A DNA stretch of 63,965 bases from a virus (Duplodnaviria > Caudoviricetes), in IMG/VR virus record IMGVR_UViG_3300037714_000156, positions 1-63,965 of that record; one strand, given 5' to 3'. This document shows, one piece after another, positions 44,681-52,270 of this stretch. The notes beneath the pieces were generated by a model. That model saw only the letters and a list, made by a program, of their open reading frames with translations, was not told the DNA's origin and did no database searches. The translations under genes and the position numbers were made by a program. The stretch's first letter is position 1. Every line of letters begins with the position of its first letter.

Positions 44681-44899
44681 TTATAACAGATTGGGCGATA
44701 AGCTGATGGCAGAACAAACATATAAATATTGCTGGGGGAATAACCCTAAACGAGAAACAATGAAAAACAGAGTTTGCAAGGTTTTACACAGAGGCAAAAT
44801 GAATAGTGCTTTAATTGAATTCATTGATAATAAACAAAGAGAAGTAACAAGCCGAAACGCATTGCGTAAATACCATTCAGCTTGATTGCTTAGTTATAA
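44681..44899 (-). mobile_element. attC-like site B, inverted; loop contains an entire small gene
   Basis: TTATAAC-agattgggc-GATAAGCTGATGG pairs with CCA(T)TCAGCTT(G)ATT-gctta-GTTATAA. Confidence 0.75.
44706..44885 (+). CDS. Small protein inside the attC B loop
   Basis: MAEQTYKYCWGNNPKRETMKNRVCKVLHRGKMNSALIEF...SRNALRK. Confidence 0.6.
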   Translation: MAEQTYKYCWGNNPKRETMKNRVCKVLHRGKMNSALIEFIDNKQREVTSRNALRKYHSA

Positions 44900-44917
44900 T
44901 TTAATTGCGGGAATAAA

Positions 44918-45067
44918 ATGAAACGTAAATGTAAGTGGTGCGGAATTATTTATAATACGAAAGAAACAAGTTCAAGACATTGTATCTACAACCCTAACAG
45001 AGAAAAAAATTTTAAGCATTACCCTATAAAGCCAAGCATTGTAAAAATATTAGCAATTAAATTATAA
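44918..45067 (+). CDS. 49-aa Cys/His protein in cassette 2
   Basis: MKRKCKWCGIIYNTKETSSRHCIYNPNREKNFKHYPIKPSIVKILAIKL; the stop codon lies in the TAAC box. Confidence 0.55.
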   Translation: MKRKCKWCGIIYNTKETSSRHCIYNPNREKNFKHYPIKPSIVKILAIKL

Positions 45068-45252
45068 CAGATTGGGCGATAATTTGCCGCCCAGAAAGGA
45101 ATAAAATATGGCACTTGACTTAAAAGAATTGGAACGGAAATTAGATGAATGCTTGCAAAAAGAGACGCCCGAAAGTTTGCGAGAATGGTTAAATAAAAAA
45201 CGTGCAGAAGAAAAAGAAGCAGATGGCGGTCAAATTGATTGCAAAGTTAGTT
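45062..45252 (-). mobile_element. attC-like site C, inverted; loop holds the RBS and 5' end of ORF 45108
   Basis: TTATAAC-agattgggc-GATAATTTGCCGCC pairs with GGCGG(T)CAAATT(G)ATT-gcaaa-GTTAGTT. Confidence 0.78.
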
Positions 45253-45491
45253 TGCGACCAGAATTACAAAAATTTGCAGAGGCGATGGAAAAAATATTAG
45301 AATATCAGGATAGGTATAAAAGTGGTTGGGAAAATTGCACATTACAATATTTGAGTATGAGGTTGACACAAGAACGGAAAGAACTTGCCGAAGCATTTCA
45401 GAAAAAAGACAAAGAAGCAATTAAACACGAATGTTGCGACATAGCAAATTTTTGTATGATGATTTATGATAATATTGACAAAGCAAACTAA
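45108..45491 (+). CDS. Cassette-borne protein with MazG-like C-terminal helical motif
   Basis: LTQERKELAEA...HECCDIANFCMM; the attC arm encodes GGQIDCKVS. Confidence 0.65.
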   Translation: MALDLKELERKLDECLQKETPESLREWLNKKRAEEKEADGGQIDCKVSLRPELQKFAEAMEKILEYQDRYKSGWENCTLQYLSMRLTQERKELAEAFQKKDKEAIKHECCDIANFCMMIYDNIDKAN

Positions 45492-45565
45492 CTCTGTGAT
45501 AACGAGAATGGAGTCTCATATCAGGATAATGTATCAGAATAAATCTACAAAGAGGAACATTAAAT

Positions 45566-46192
45566 ATGTCAATAGACAACTCAATACTTCGAGAACAAAT
45601 GCGTCAGCAGGAACGTCAGCAACAGAAGCAGCAGAAGTTACAGAAAAAAAAGAGAGAGGAATATTTTAAGTCTCTTTCTAAAAAGAAAAAACATACTTCC
45701 GACATTATCACGGTAAGCGATTATAAAAAATTAACAGAGCCTGCCACAAGGAAAACATATAATAATCTCAAAAGATGGTTTAATATTTATATAAAAGTCA
45801 GAGATTTATTTGTTGACCATGACGGAAGAATTAAAGGAAGGTGTATAGCTTGCGGGAAATTATGGGTAGTTGAGTTTTGGGAGGATGGGACAATAAAGAA
45901 CAACGAGCTATGGTGTGCTTCTCATTACTTCCTTGCGGATGAATTTACTTCAGTCGAGTTCTACGAAGCAAACGTAAATCTATCCTGTTATAAATGTAAC
46001 AGGCGTTTATCCGGGAATCTTGCTATGTATAAAATCCATCTTGAAATGAAAATCGGTCACGATGAATTCCGTAAACTTGAATTCAAAAAGAACGAAACAC
46101 TTAAACTGAATGTGCTTGATATGATTAAGCTCAAAGAACTTTATATGGATAAAGCGAAAAAAGAAATTAAACGATTAGGGATTAAACTTTGA
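45566..46192 (+). CDS. ninG: NinG/Rap-like recombination nuclease
   Basis: FNIYIKVRD, CIACG, ASHY, EANVNLSCYKCNRRLSGN. Confidence 0.82.
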   Translation: MSIDNSILREQMRQQERQQQKQQKLQKKKREEYFKSLSKKKKHTSDIITVSDYKKLTEPATRKTYNNLKRWFNIYIKVRDLFVDHDGRIKGRCIACGKLWVVEFWEDGTIKNNELWCASHYFLADEFTSVEFYEANVNLSCYKCNRRLSGNLAMYKIHLEMKIGHDEFRKLEFKKNETLKLNVLDMIKLKELYMDKAKKEIKRLGIKL

Positions 46193-46205
46193 AAGGAAAA
46201 GATAA

Positions 46206-46421
46206 ATGGAATCGGAAGACGAAAAACCAGGAGCGACAGGGAAATTCCCGGAAGGGAAGTTGAACGAAGACGACAAGGGAGAAATTAAAATGATTATCGG
46301 CATAGATCAGGGAAAAGTAATTATTCATTTTGGTAATATCCCGATCAGTTGGATTGCAATGACAAAAGACCAGGCATTAGCTATGGGAAGAATGTTATTC
46401 GAGAAAGCAGATTTATTATAA
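46206..46421 (+). CDS. Conserved small phage protein
   Basis: GATGKFPEGKLNEDDKGEI; GAAAGGAA RBS. Confidence 0.65.
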   Translation: MESEDEKPGATGKFPEGKLNEDDKGEIKMIIGIDQGKVIIHFGNIPISWIAMTKDQALAMGRMLFEKADLL

Positions 46422-46430
46422 GGTAAGCAA

Positions 46431-46712
46431 ATGAATTCAGATGTTTGGACGGAATATAGAAGGCAGCAAAACCAACGAAGAAAAAAGAGACTACCTCATC
46501 GCATTGAACTACTCTATAAAATATGCGGGACTCTTAATCTCAAGGTAGAAAAGAAAACTGAATATCAATACCGCATCAGCAACGACGAAAGATCAATAGA
46601 TATTTATCCAATTCATTATAGATGGCATGATATAACAACCAACAAGCGAGGACAAGTCAAAGGGGATGGCGGACTCAAAGAATTGTTGATACTTAAATTG
46701 ATAAAACAATGA
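46431..46712 (+). CDS. Hypothetical protein
   Basis: 93-aa basic ORF. Confidence 0.55.
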   Translation: MNSDVWTEYRRQQNQRRKKRLPHRIELLYKICGTLNLKVEKKTEYQYRISNDERSIDIYPIHYRWHDITTNKRGQVKGDGGLKELLILKLIKQ

Positions 46713-47035
46713 TTGACAAGCTCAGGCACTTAGAATTGTTTGCCGGGATAGGCGGATTCTCTTTAGCATTAAAGAACGCATACAAAGGGGAGATTCAAAC
46801 AGCATACTCCGAAAAAGCAATGGAATACAGAGAATTCCAAGATCAGTTTATTAAAGACGGCAAATATCGAGTAGTGGACAGAGAAGACTCAACATTGCAG
46901 TTACAATGGTATGTATATAAAAATACCAGAAGATATTTTCATACTGTAAATGTTGACAAGAAATCATTAATTGATATTGTCCTACTAACAATAGAAATGT
47001 TTCCAGAAGAATTTAAGAAAGAGAGGAAGAAATGA
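46709..47035 (+). pseudogene. ORF beginning with a C5-cytosine methyltransferase motif-I fragment joined to unrelated sequence
   Basis: LRHLELFAGIGGFSLAL present, but no PCQ or ENV motif in 108 aa. Confidence 0.55.
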
Positions 47036-47517
47036 AAAACCAATTAACAAACAAACACTACGAACTTATCGGGATGATAGCGTTAAATCTTCCAGACGAT
47101 ACGGACGAAGTAGCTTGTCTTAAAGTATCTGAATTATTCCACGACGAAGCCATCTACGCTCACGAAAATGGAGAATGGATATTCCACACAAGCGAATATT
47201 TACGTTTACATCCGACAGAACAAGATGCAGAATGGTTCGCAAAACAAATACTTGAAATTGTCCGTCCTGAACCAAAGGAAATAAAAACAAAAACAGTTGC
47301 ACCAAAAGAAACATTGTTTCAAGTATTTTGTACTTCATCTTTGATGGAAGACGATTGTATAGTAGTTACCACAGACAGGGGTATAGAAAGGGCAATAGAA
47401 ATAGCTAACGCATATCTAACGGAAAAATATGATGATGAACCCGGTAATGAACCATACAACATCCAACAAGTAAAGCAGATTGATTTAATATGCGAAGACG
47501 AAGAAGGGGGGCTGTAA
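47032..47517 (+). CDS. Acidic hypothetical protein
   Basis: 161 aa, GAGG RBS. Confidence 0.6.
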   Translation: MKNQLTNKHYELIGMIALNLPDDTDEVACLKVSELFHDEAIYAHENGEWIFHTSEYLRLHPTEQDAEWFAKQILEIVRPEPKEIKTKTVAPKETLFQVFCTSSLMEDDCIVVTTDRGIERAIEIANAYLTEKYDDEPGNEPYNIQQVKQIDLICEDEEGGL

Positions 47518-47523
47518 AACAAT

Positions 47524-47718
47524 ATGAGACTAATCAGAATTCAAATATTCGCAGGGCTAAAAGGAGTGAGCAGACAGACGGTACACAGTTTGATAAAATC
47601 CGGAAAACTAAAAACCAGAAAGTTATCGGGGATGAAACTGATCGTAATGGACAGCACGGCGAAGAAATGGAAGCCAACACCGGGAAAACGTACAGATTTA
47701 CGGAAGGGCGGACAATGA
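47524..47718 (+). CDS. HTH DNA-binding protein
   Basis: FAGLKGVSRQTVHSLIKSGKL. Confidence 0.75.
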   Translation: MRLIRIQIFAGLKGVSRQTVHSLIKSGKLKTRKLSGMKLIVMDSTAKKWKPTPGKRTDLRKGGQ

Positions 47719-47993
47719 AAACATACGCAGTATTTCATTTCGATGATGATAAGAAAGGATTCGAGAGATATAAATTCATTGAAGATGCAGAAACAGACAC
47801 ACCCGAAAAACTCGCAAGAGAATATTACGAAGATGAATGGGGCATTGACCCGAACAAAGAAGTAAAAGTATCTGTTTTAGATTCTCAGATAACAATTCAC
47901 AGATTAAAATTCGCAAGTCAAACAGTAGCATACATTCCACGCAACGGCGGGAAAGCAATAGTTTTTGCGGAAAGGATAAAAACAAATGCCTAA
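47715..47993 (+). CDS. Hypothetical protein
   Basis: ATGA-coupled start MKTYAVFHF within the longer 47490 frame. Confidence 0.55.
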   Translation: MKTYAVFHFDDDKKGFERYKFIEDAETDTPEKLAREYYEDEWGIDPNKEVKVSVLDSQITIHRLKFASQTVAYIPRNGGKAIVFAERIKTNA

Positions 47994-48198
47994 ACCAACA
48001 GTAGATTTATCAAAAGAGACATTCAAGAAAATCAAAACCTTCAGCGATTTAACGCTATGGTTAAGATATGTTGAGGGGAAAATCCCTGCTAACACTCCTA
48101 TCTTAATGCAATCAGATGAGGAAGGGAATCAGATCAATAAAATCCTTTGTTTGGATTACACGGAGATAGGATTAGTAATAGTACCATTAGAAGAATAA
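47986..48198 (+). CDS. Small hypothetical protein
   Basis: PILMQSDEEGN motif; AAGGA RBS. Confidence 0.6.
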   Translation: MPKPTVDLSKETFKKIKTFSDLTLWLRYVEGKIPANTPILMQSDEEGNQINKILCLDYTEIGLVIVPLEE

Positions 48199-48243
48199 CA
48201 AATTAACAAAACACACATACACAAAACAGAAAGGAACAACGCT

Positions 48244-49509
48244 ATGCTAAAAGAATTCAAGATTCTCACCAACAATTTCAGCTTCAAGGGATTGAAAGCA
48301 GAAATACAAACCTTCGAGGGAATACTGCATCGTCTCACTCATATCAAATCATACAGAATGGAGAGAAGCGGAATCATCGGGAAGGAAGAAATCAGGGAAA
48401 CAGTATTTTTCGTAATGTTCGGACAGGAACAACTCAGACAGCCGGAAGAATTTATTGTTAAGAATGATAAGTTCTTTTCTAACCTCAACGGAAAAACGCT
48501 CACCATTGCAGACCTACCGGGAATAAAGAAAGAGATCGGCGAAATATTTGATGCTCATGTACCGCTCGAAGATCGGACAAAGACACCGGAACAGCACGGA
48601 GCGGAATTGATTGAACGAAACAAAATCCACGCAGAGAATGAAGTAAAGCAGGCTGAGATAAATAAACAAAAAGCAATCGAGAAGGAAAGAGTAAAAAAAG
48701 AATATGGTTATCTATTACAATCAGATGGAAATATTTCTTCCCGGTTACTTGCAACAAAGAACATTCGCCGAGAACTTGACAATGAATTTCCCGGACACAA
48801 ATTTTCTATTACATCAGAAACATTCGCAGGCGGAGATGCAATAGACGTGAGATGGGAAGACGGAGTAACAGAACCCGAAGTAAGAGAAATCATCGGGAAA
48901 TATCAGGAGGGGCATTTTGACGGAATGACAGATATGTATAACTATTCTTATAATCCATTCAACGATCTATTCGGCGGTGCGAAATATGTTCACGCTAACA
49001 GGAAACTAACTAACGAAAGATTTATCGAAGTTGGAAAAGAGATGGGATATGATGTAGTATTTAATGATTACAAGATGATTGTTGATGGTGAAATAGCACA
49101 ACACGACGGTTCAAAGGTTGATAAGGTAAGAACGGAAACGTATAGCAGATCATTCTATGAAAAACCTGCTGCAAACAAAAAAATCGAAGTTACGGCGGGA
49201 GAAATCAACACATCAAACGGATCTATTGAAATCCGTGAGAACGTAGAGAAGGACGGAATTGAAATAAAGTTCGCAAGCAAGCCTGAAGCGGAAGTTATAG
49301 CCAAGCTAAAGATGAATGGTTTCCGATGGAGTCACGTTCATAAGGTATGGTACAAGAAAGCATCAGCTAACGCAAGGATATTCGCTGAAAGTTTAATTAA
49401 GCAGAATAACAGCAACAAAAACGGAAACACCGAAGAAGGGCTAATCACTCAAGAGAACCAAACATTTGAAACAAATCTTCAGGGAGAGAGCAGGCAGGAA
49501 CAAATCTAA
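48244..49509 (+). CDS. LPD29-domain (polyvalent-protein-associated) protein
   Basis: KNIRRELDNEFPGHKFSI...IDVRWEDG...FDGMTDMY; C-terminal GIEIKFASKP...LKMNGFRWS...WY. Confidence 0.78.
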   Translation: MLKEFKILTNNFSFKGLKAEIQTFEGILHRLTHIKSYRMERSGIIGKEEIRETVFFVMFGQEQLRQPEEFIVKNDKFFSNLNGKTLTIADLPGIKKEIGEIFDAHVPLEDRTKTPEQHGAELIERNKIHAENEVKQAEINKQKAIEKERVKKEYGYLLQSDGNISSRLLATKNIRRELDNEFPGHKFSITSETFAGGDAIDVRWEDGVTEPEVREIIGKYQEGHFDGMTDMYNYSYNPFNDLFGGAKYVHANRKLTNERFIEVGKEMGYDVVFNDYKMIVDGEIAQHDGSKVDKVRTETYSRSFYEKPAANKKIEVTAGEINTSNGSIEIRENVEKDGIEIKFASKPEAEVIAKLKMNGFRWSHVHKVWYKKASANARIFAESLIKQNNSNKNGNTEEGLITQENQTFETNLQGESRQEQI

Positions 49510-49582
49510 AAATATATTATGTTTGTAATGATGGATTAATAAATACAAACAGCAGATAGTAGCCTCCGAAGCTATGACTGCT

Positions 49583-49628
49583 AAAAAGACCGTTGATTGT
49601 GAACTTAGTTTCCTTTCAACGGTTTTTT
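49583..49628 (+). terminator. Probable bidirectional terminator at the early/late boundary
   Basis: AAAAAGACCGTTGA...TCAACGGTTTTTT inverted repeat. Confidence 0.7.
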
Positions 49629-49666
49629 ATTTATGTTTGCCACAAATGAAAGGACAGGAACAAATA

Positions 49667-50119
49667 ATGAAGAAGGAAAGAAGGAAATACACACGGAAGA
49701 CCGGAAGCAATCCTCCCGGCAATCCTAAAATCCAACCGAGACAATCCAAATATAAAACAGCCGATGAAATGCAAATTAAAGTTGATGAATATTTTAAGAA
49801 TTGCGACAAGAAGAAAAAACCATATTTGGTTACAGGATTAGCACTCGCACTCGGATTTAATACTCGTTTAGCATTGATAAATTATGAAAAAGAAGAAAAT
49901 CACAAGGATCTGGAGGAGGAGGAACGGAAGATGATAGTAAACACGATTAAAAAAGCCAAAGCCAGAGTTGAACAATATGCAGAAGATAATTTATTTACAG
50001 GCAGACAAGTAGCGGGAACAATTTTCAGTTTGAAAAATAACTACGGATGGATTGACAGGCAGGACTTAGCACACTCAGGAGATTTAATTGTGAACATAAA
50101 AGGTATTGATGAGTTTTGA
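49667..50119 (+). CDS. terS: Terminase small subunit (P22 gp3-like)
   Basis: VDEYF, VTGLALALGF, IFSLKNNYGWID; upstream of terL; start uncertain (49646 or 49667). Confidence 0.8.
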   Translation: MKKERRKYTRKTGSNPPGNPKIQPRQSKYKTADEMQIKVDEYFKNCDKKKKPYLVTGLALALGFNTRLALINYEKEENHKDLEEEERKMIVNTIKKAKARVEQYAEDNLFTGRQVAGTIFSLKNNYGWIDRQDLAHSGDLIVNIKGIDEF

Positions 50120-50361
50120 AAATGGAAAGAAAAGACGGCAAAACATTTATTCACGATGCTAATACAAATCAGATTCGCATAGTAAGGAAGAAGAAAACGA
50201 ACAGCACACAGGCGGAGATCAGGAAACGTAAGAAATTATTGGATGAACAATACAAGAATGTTTTGAAAATGGAAAGTTTTATCGGGTAAATACAAATCAA
50301 TGGAATACTGCAAAAATAATTCTTCATTAGAAGCCATTAGAGAGACGATATCTATAATAAT

Positions 50362-50661
50362 ATGATTGATCTCATCAGGTGGTTCAGGCGGAGACCAATC
50401 GAAAGAGAAATAGCAAAGCACAGACTCCAAGCACTTAAAAGAAAATATAAACATTGCTCAAGGAGATGGGAGACTAATCAGTCAAATATGAATATGTCAA
50501 CTCTGAGATTAATGGAAGCTAAAATAATTTACTATGAAGAATGTTTCAGAGCTTGGGGAAAGTACAGACCAGAATTTTCATTCAATGATAAGCAGAATAA
50601 AAAATACGAAGATGAACTAACAGAATTGCAGATCCCATTTGAGAAAGTGAAATGGATATAG
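50362..50661 (+). CDS. Hypothetical protein
   Basis: 99-aa ORF between terS and terL. Confidence 0.45.
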   Translation: MIDLIRWFRRRPIEREIAKHRLQALKRKYKHCSRRWETNQSNMNMSTLRLMEAKIIYYEECFRAWGKYRPEFSFNDKQNKKYEDELTELQIPFEKVKWI

Positions 50662-52241
50662 AACTCCAACCAATACAAAACCAACTTTGGAAACTATACG
50701 ATAAAGGTAAAGCAACAAAGATAGGATTCGGCGGACCTCGGGGAGGGACTAAATCTCATAGTGCTGATTCGCTGATGATAATGAGAAGATTAAAGTATCG
50801 AGGGACAAACGGATTATTCATTATGAGAGTCTATCAGGATATGCTTGACATTCATATCCGTCCGATGTTTGATGCTTACCCTGAATTAGAAGCAGGTTTT
50901 AATAAACAGGATATGATATTAAAACTACCTTACGGCAGTTACATTAGATTTTTGTCAGGAGAGAATCTTGAATCATTTCAGAAAAGAAAGGGCAGAGGAT
51001 TCGCTGATGTTATGATAGATCAGTCAGAACTATTCAGCAAAGAGGAAATAGAATTTCTTTACACGATCAACAGGTCAGTTAAGCCAGGTATTACTCCGAA
51101 AATGTTACTTTGTTTTAACCCTGGTAACATCGGACACGCATATCACAAGCGGGTATTTTATGATAAAATTTATGAAGACAATGAAGTACCTGAAGACTTC
51201 GCATACTTGCAAGCGAAGGGATGGGACAATGCGTATTGGGCTATAAAAGATATGGCAAGAATAAAAGGATTAGAACCGGGCGGTTTGGACGGGCAACAAA
51301 TATTAAAATTGATTCACGAATATCACAAGCTGAACGAAGACACCCGATTCAAAATATTTATAAGAACCGATTACGGGAAAGTTCTTGACGGACTACCAGA
51401 CAGCAAACGAAGGGCGGAGTTGTTAGGTGATATGGAAATCTTTGAAGGTATGTTCTTTGAAGACTTCAGAAGAAAGTATCACGTTATAGAATACGAAATA
51501 AGTAATTTCAGGAAGGCAAGTATAGGCGGACTTGATTACGGCAACGTGACAGTCTTAATAGTTTTGCAGCGAGATTCAGAAGGAACAATCATTGCAGGAG
51601 GGGAATGTTACTTGCCGGATCTCACGAACCCGACAGAGAGAGCGAATGCAATAGCAGATTATCTTCTGGAGAATGAACTACACAGGCTTGATATAGTTTA
51701 TGATACTGATATGGAGATCAGTCAGCTTAGCAACATAGGAGTTGATAAAACACCAATAACAATATTCCGGGACGTGTTCAAACAGAGGATGGGAGAGAAA
51801 GCCCCGAAGATGAGATGCGTAAATAAAACATCACTTGATAAGAAGAAACATTACCGGGTAGTTGTCAATGATGCAGTGAAAGAATATCTTCACATCAGAA
51901 AACTTTGTTCACAATGCAAAATGATGCTGAGGAAAGACGAAGATAAATGTATCAGATGCAAAGCGACAGTAATTTACCAGACGAAGTTATTCATATCAGA
52001 GAATTGTAAGTTTCTGATTAAGTTTTTAGGCGAAGCAATTTATGACCCGCTCGATACAGCAGGCAGAGACTTCGACAGGTCACAGACACCAAAGAAAGAT
52101 CACCCGTACGATGCAATGAAATATGGATTTATGGAATTGTATGTACCGAAGAAACCAAAGGAAGACAGTCGCCCGAAGTGGTTAAGAGATTTAATCAAAG
52201 CGAGAAACCTGGAAATGAGCCAAGACTTTATGGAAGCATAA
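50652..52241 (+). CDS. terL: Terminase large subunit
   Basis: GGPRGGTKS Walker A, CFNPG coupling motif, GGLDYG and DHPYDAMKY nuclease motifs. Confidence 0.92.
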   Translation: MDIELQPIQNQLWKLYDKGKATKIGFGGPRGGTKSHSADSLMIMRRLKYRGTNGLFIMRVYQDMLDIHIRPMFDAYPELEAGFNKQDMILKLPYGSYIRFLSGENLESFQKRKGRGFADVMIDQSELFSKEEIEFLYTINRSVKPGITPKMLLCFNPGNIGHAYHKRVFYDKIYEDNEVPEDFAYLQAKGWDNAYWAIKDMARIKGLEPGGLDGQQILKLIHEYHKLNEDTRFKIFIRTDYGKVLDGLPDSKRRAELLGDMEIFEGMFFEDFRRKYHVIEYEISNFRKASIGGLDYGNVTVLIVLQRDSEGTIIAGGECYLPDLTNPTERANAIADYLLENELHRLDIVYDTDMEISQLSNIGVDKTPITIFRDVFKQRMGEKAPKMRCVNKTSLDKKKHYRVVVNDAVKEYLHIRKLCSQCKMMLRKDEDKCIRCKATVIYQTKLFISENCKFLIKFLGEAIYDPLDTAGRDFDRSQTPKKDHPYDAMKYGFMELYVPKKPKEDSRPKWLRDLIKARNLEMSQDFMEA

Positions 52242-52270
52242 CAATAAAAATTTAATGGAGAGAGAATAAA

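Noticed and set aside
44681-45082. CRISPR array from the 21-bp direct repeat
   Set aside because: Only two copies, 381 bp apart, separated by ORFs; explained by the attC-like sites
52235-52270. GCATAAC at the terL stop as another attC-like site
   Set aside because: No paired arms or matching GTT box found
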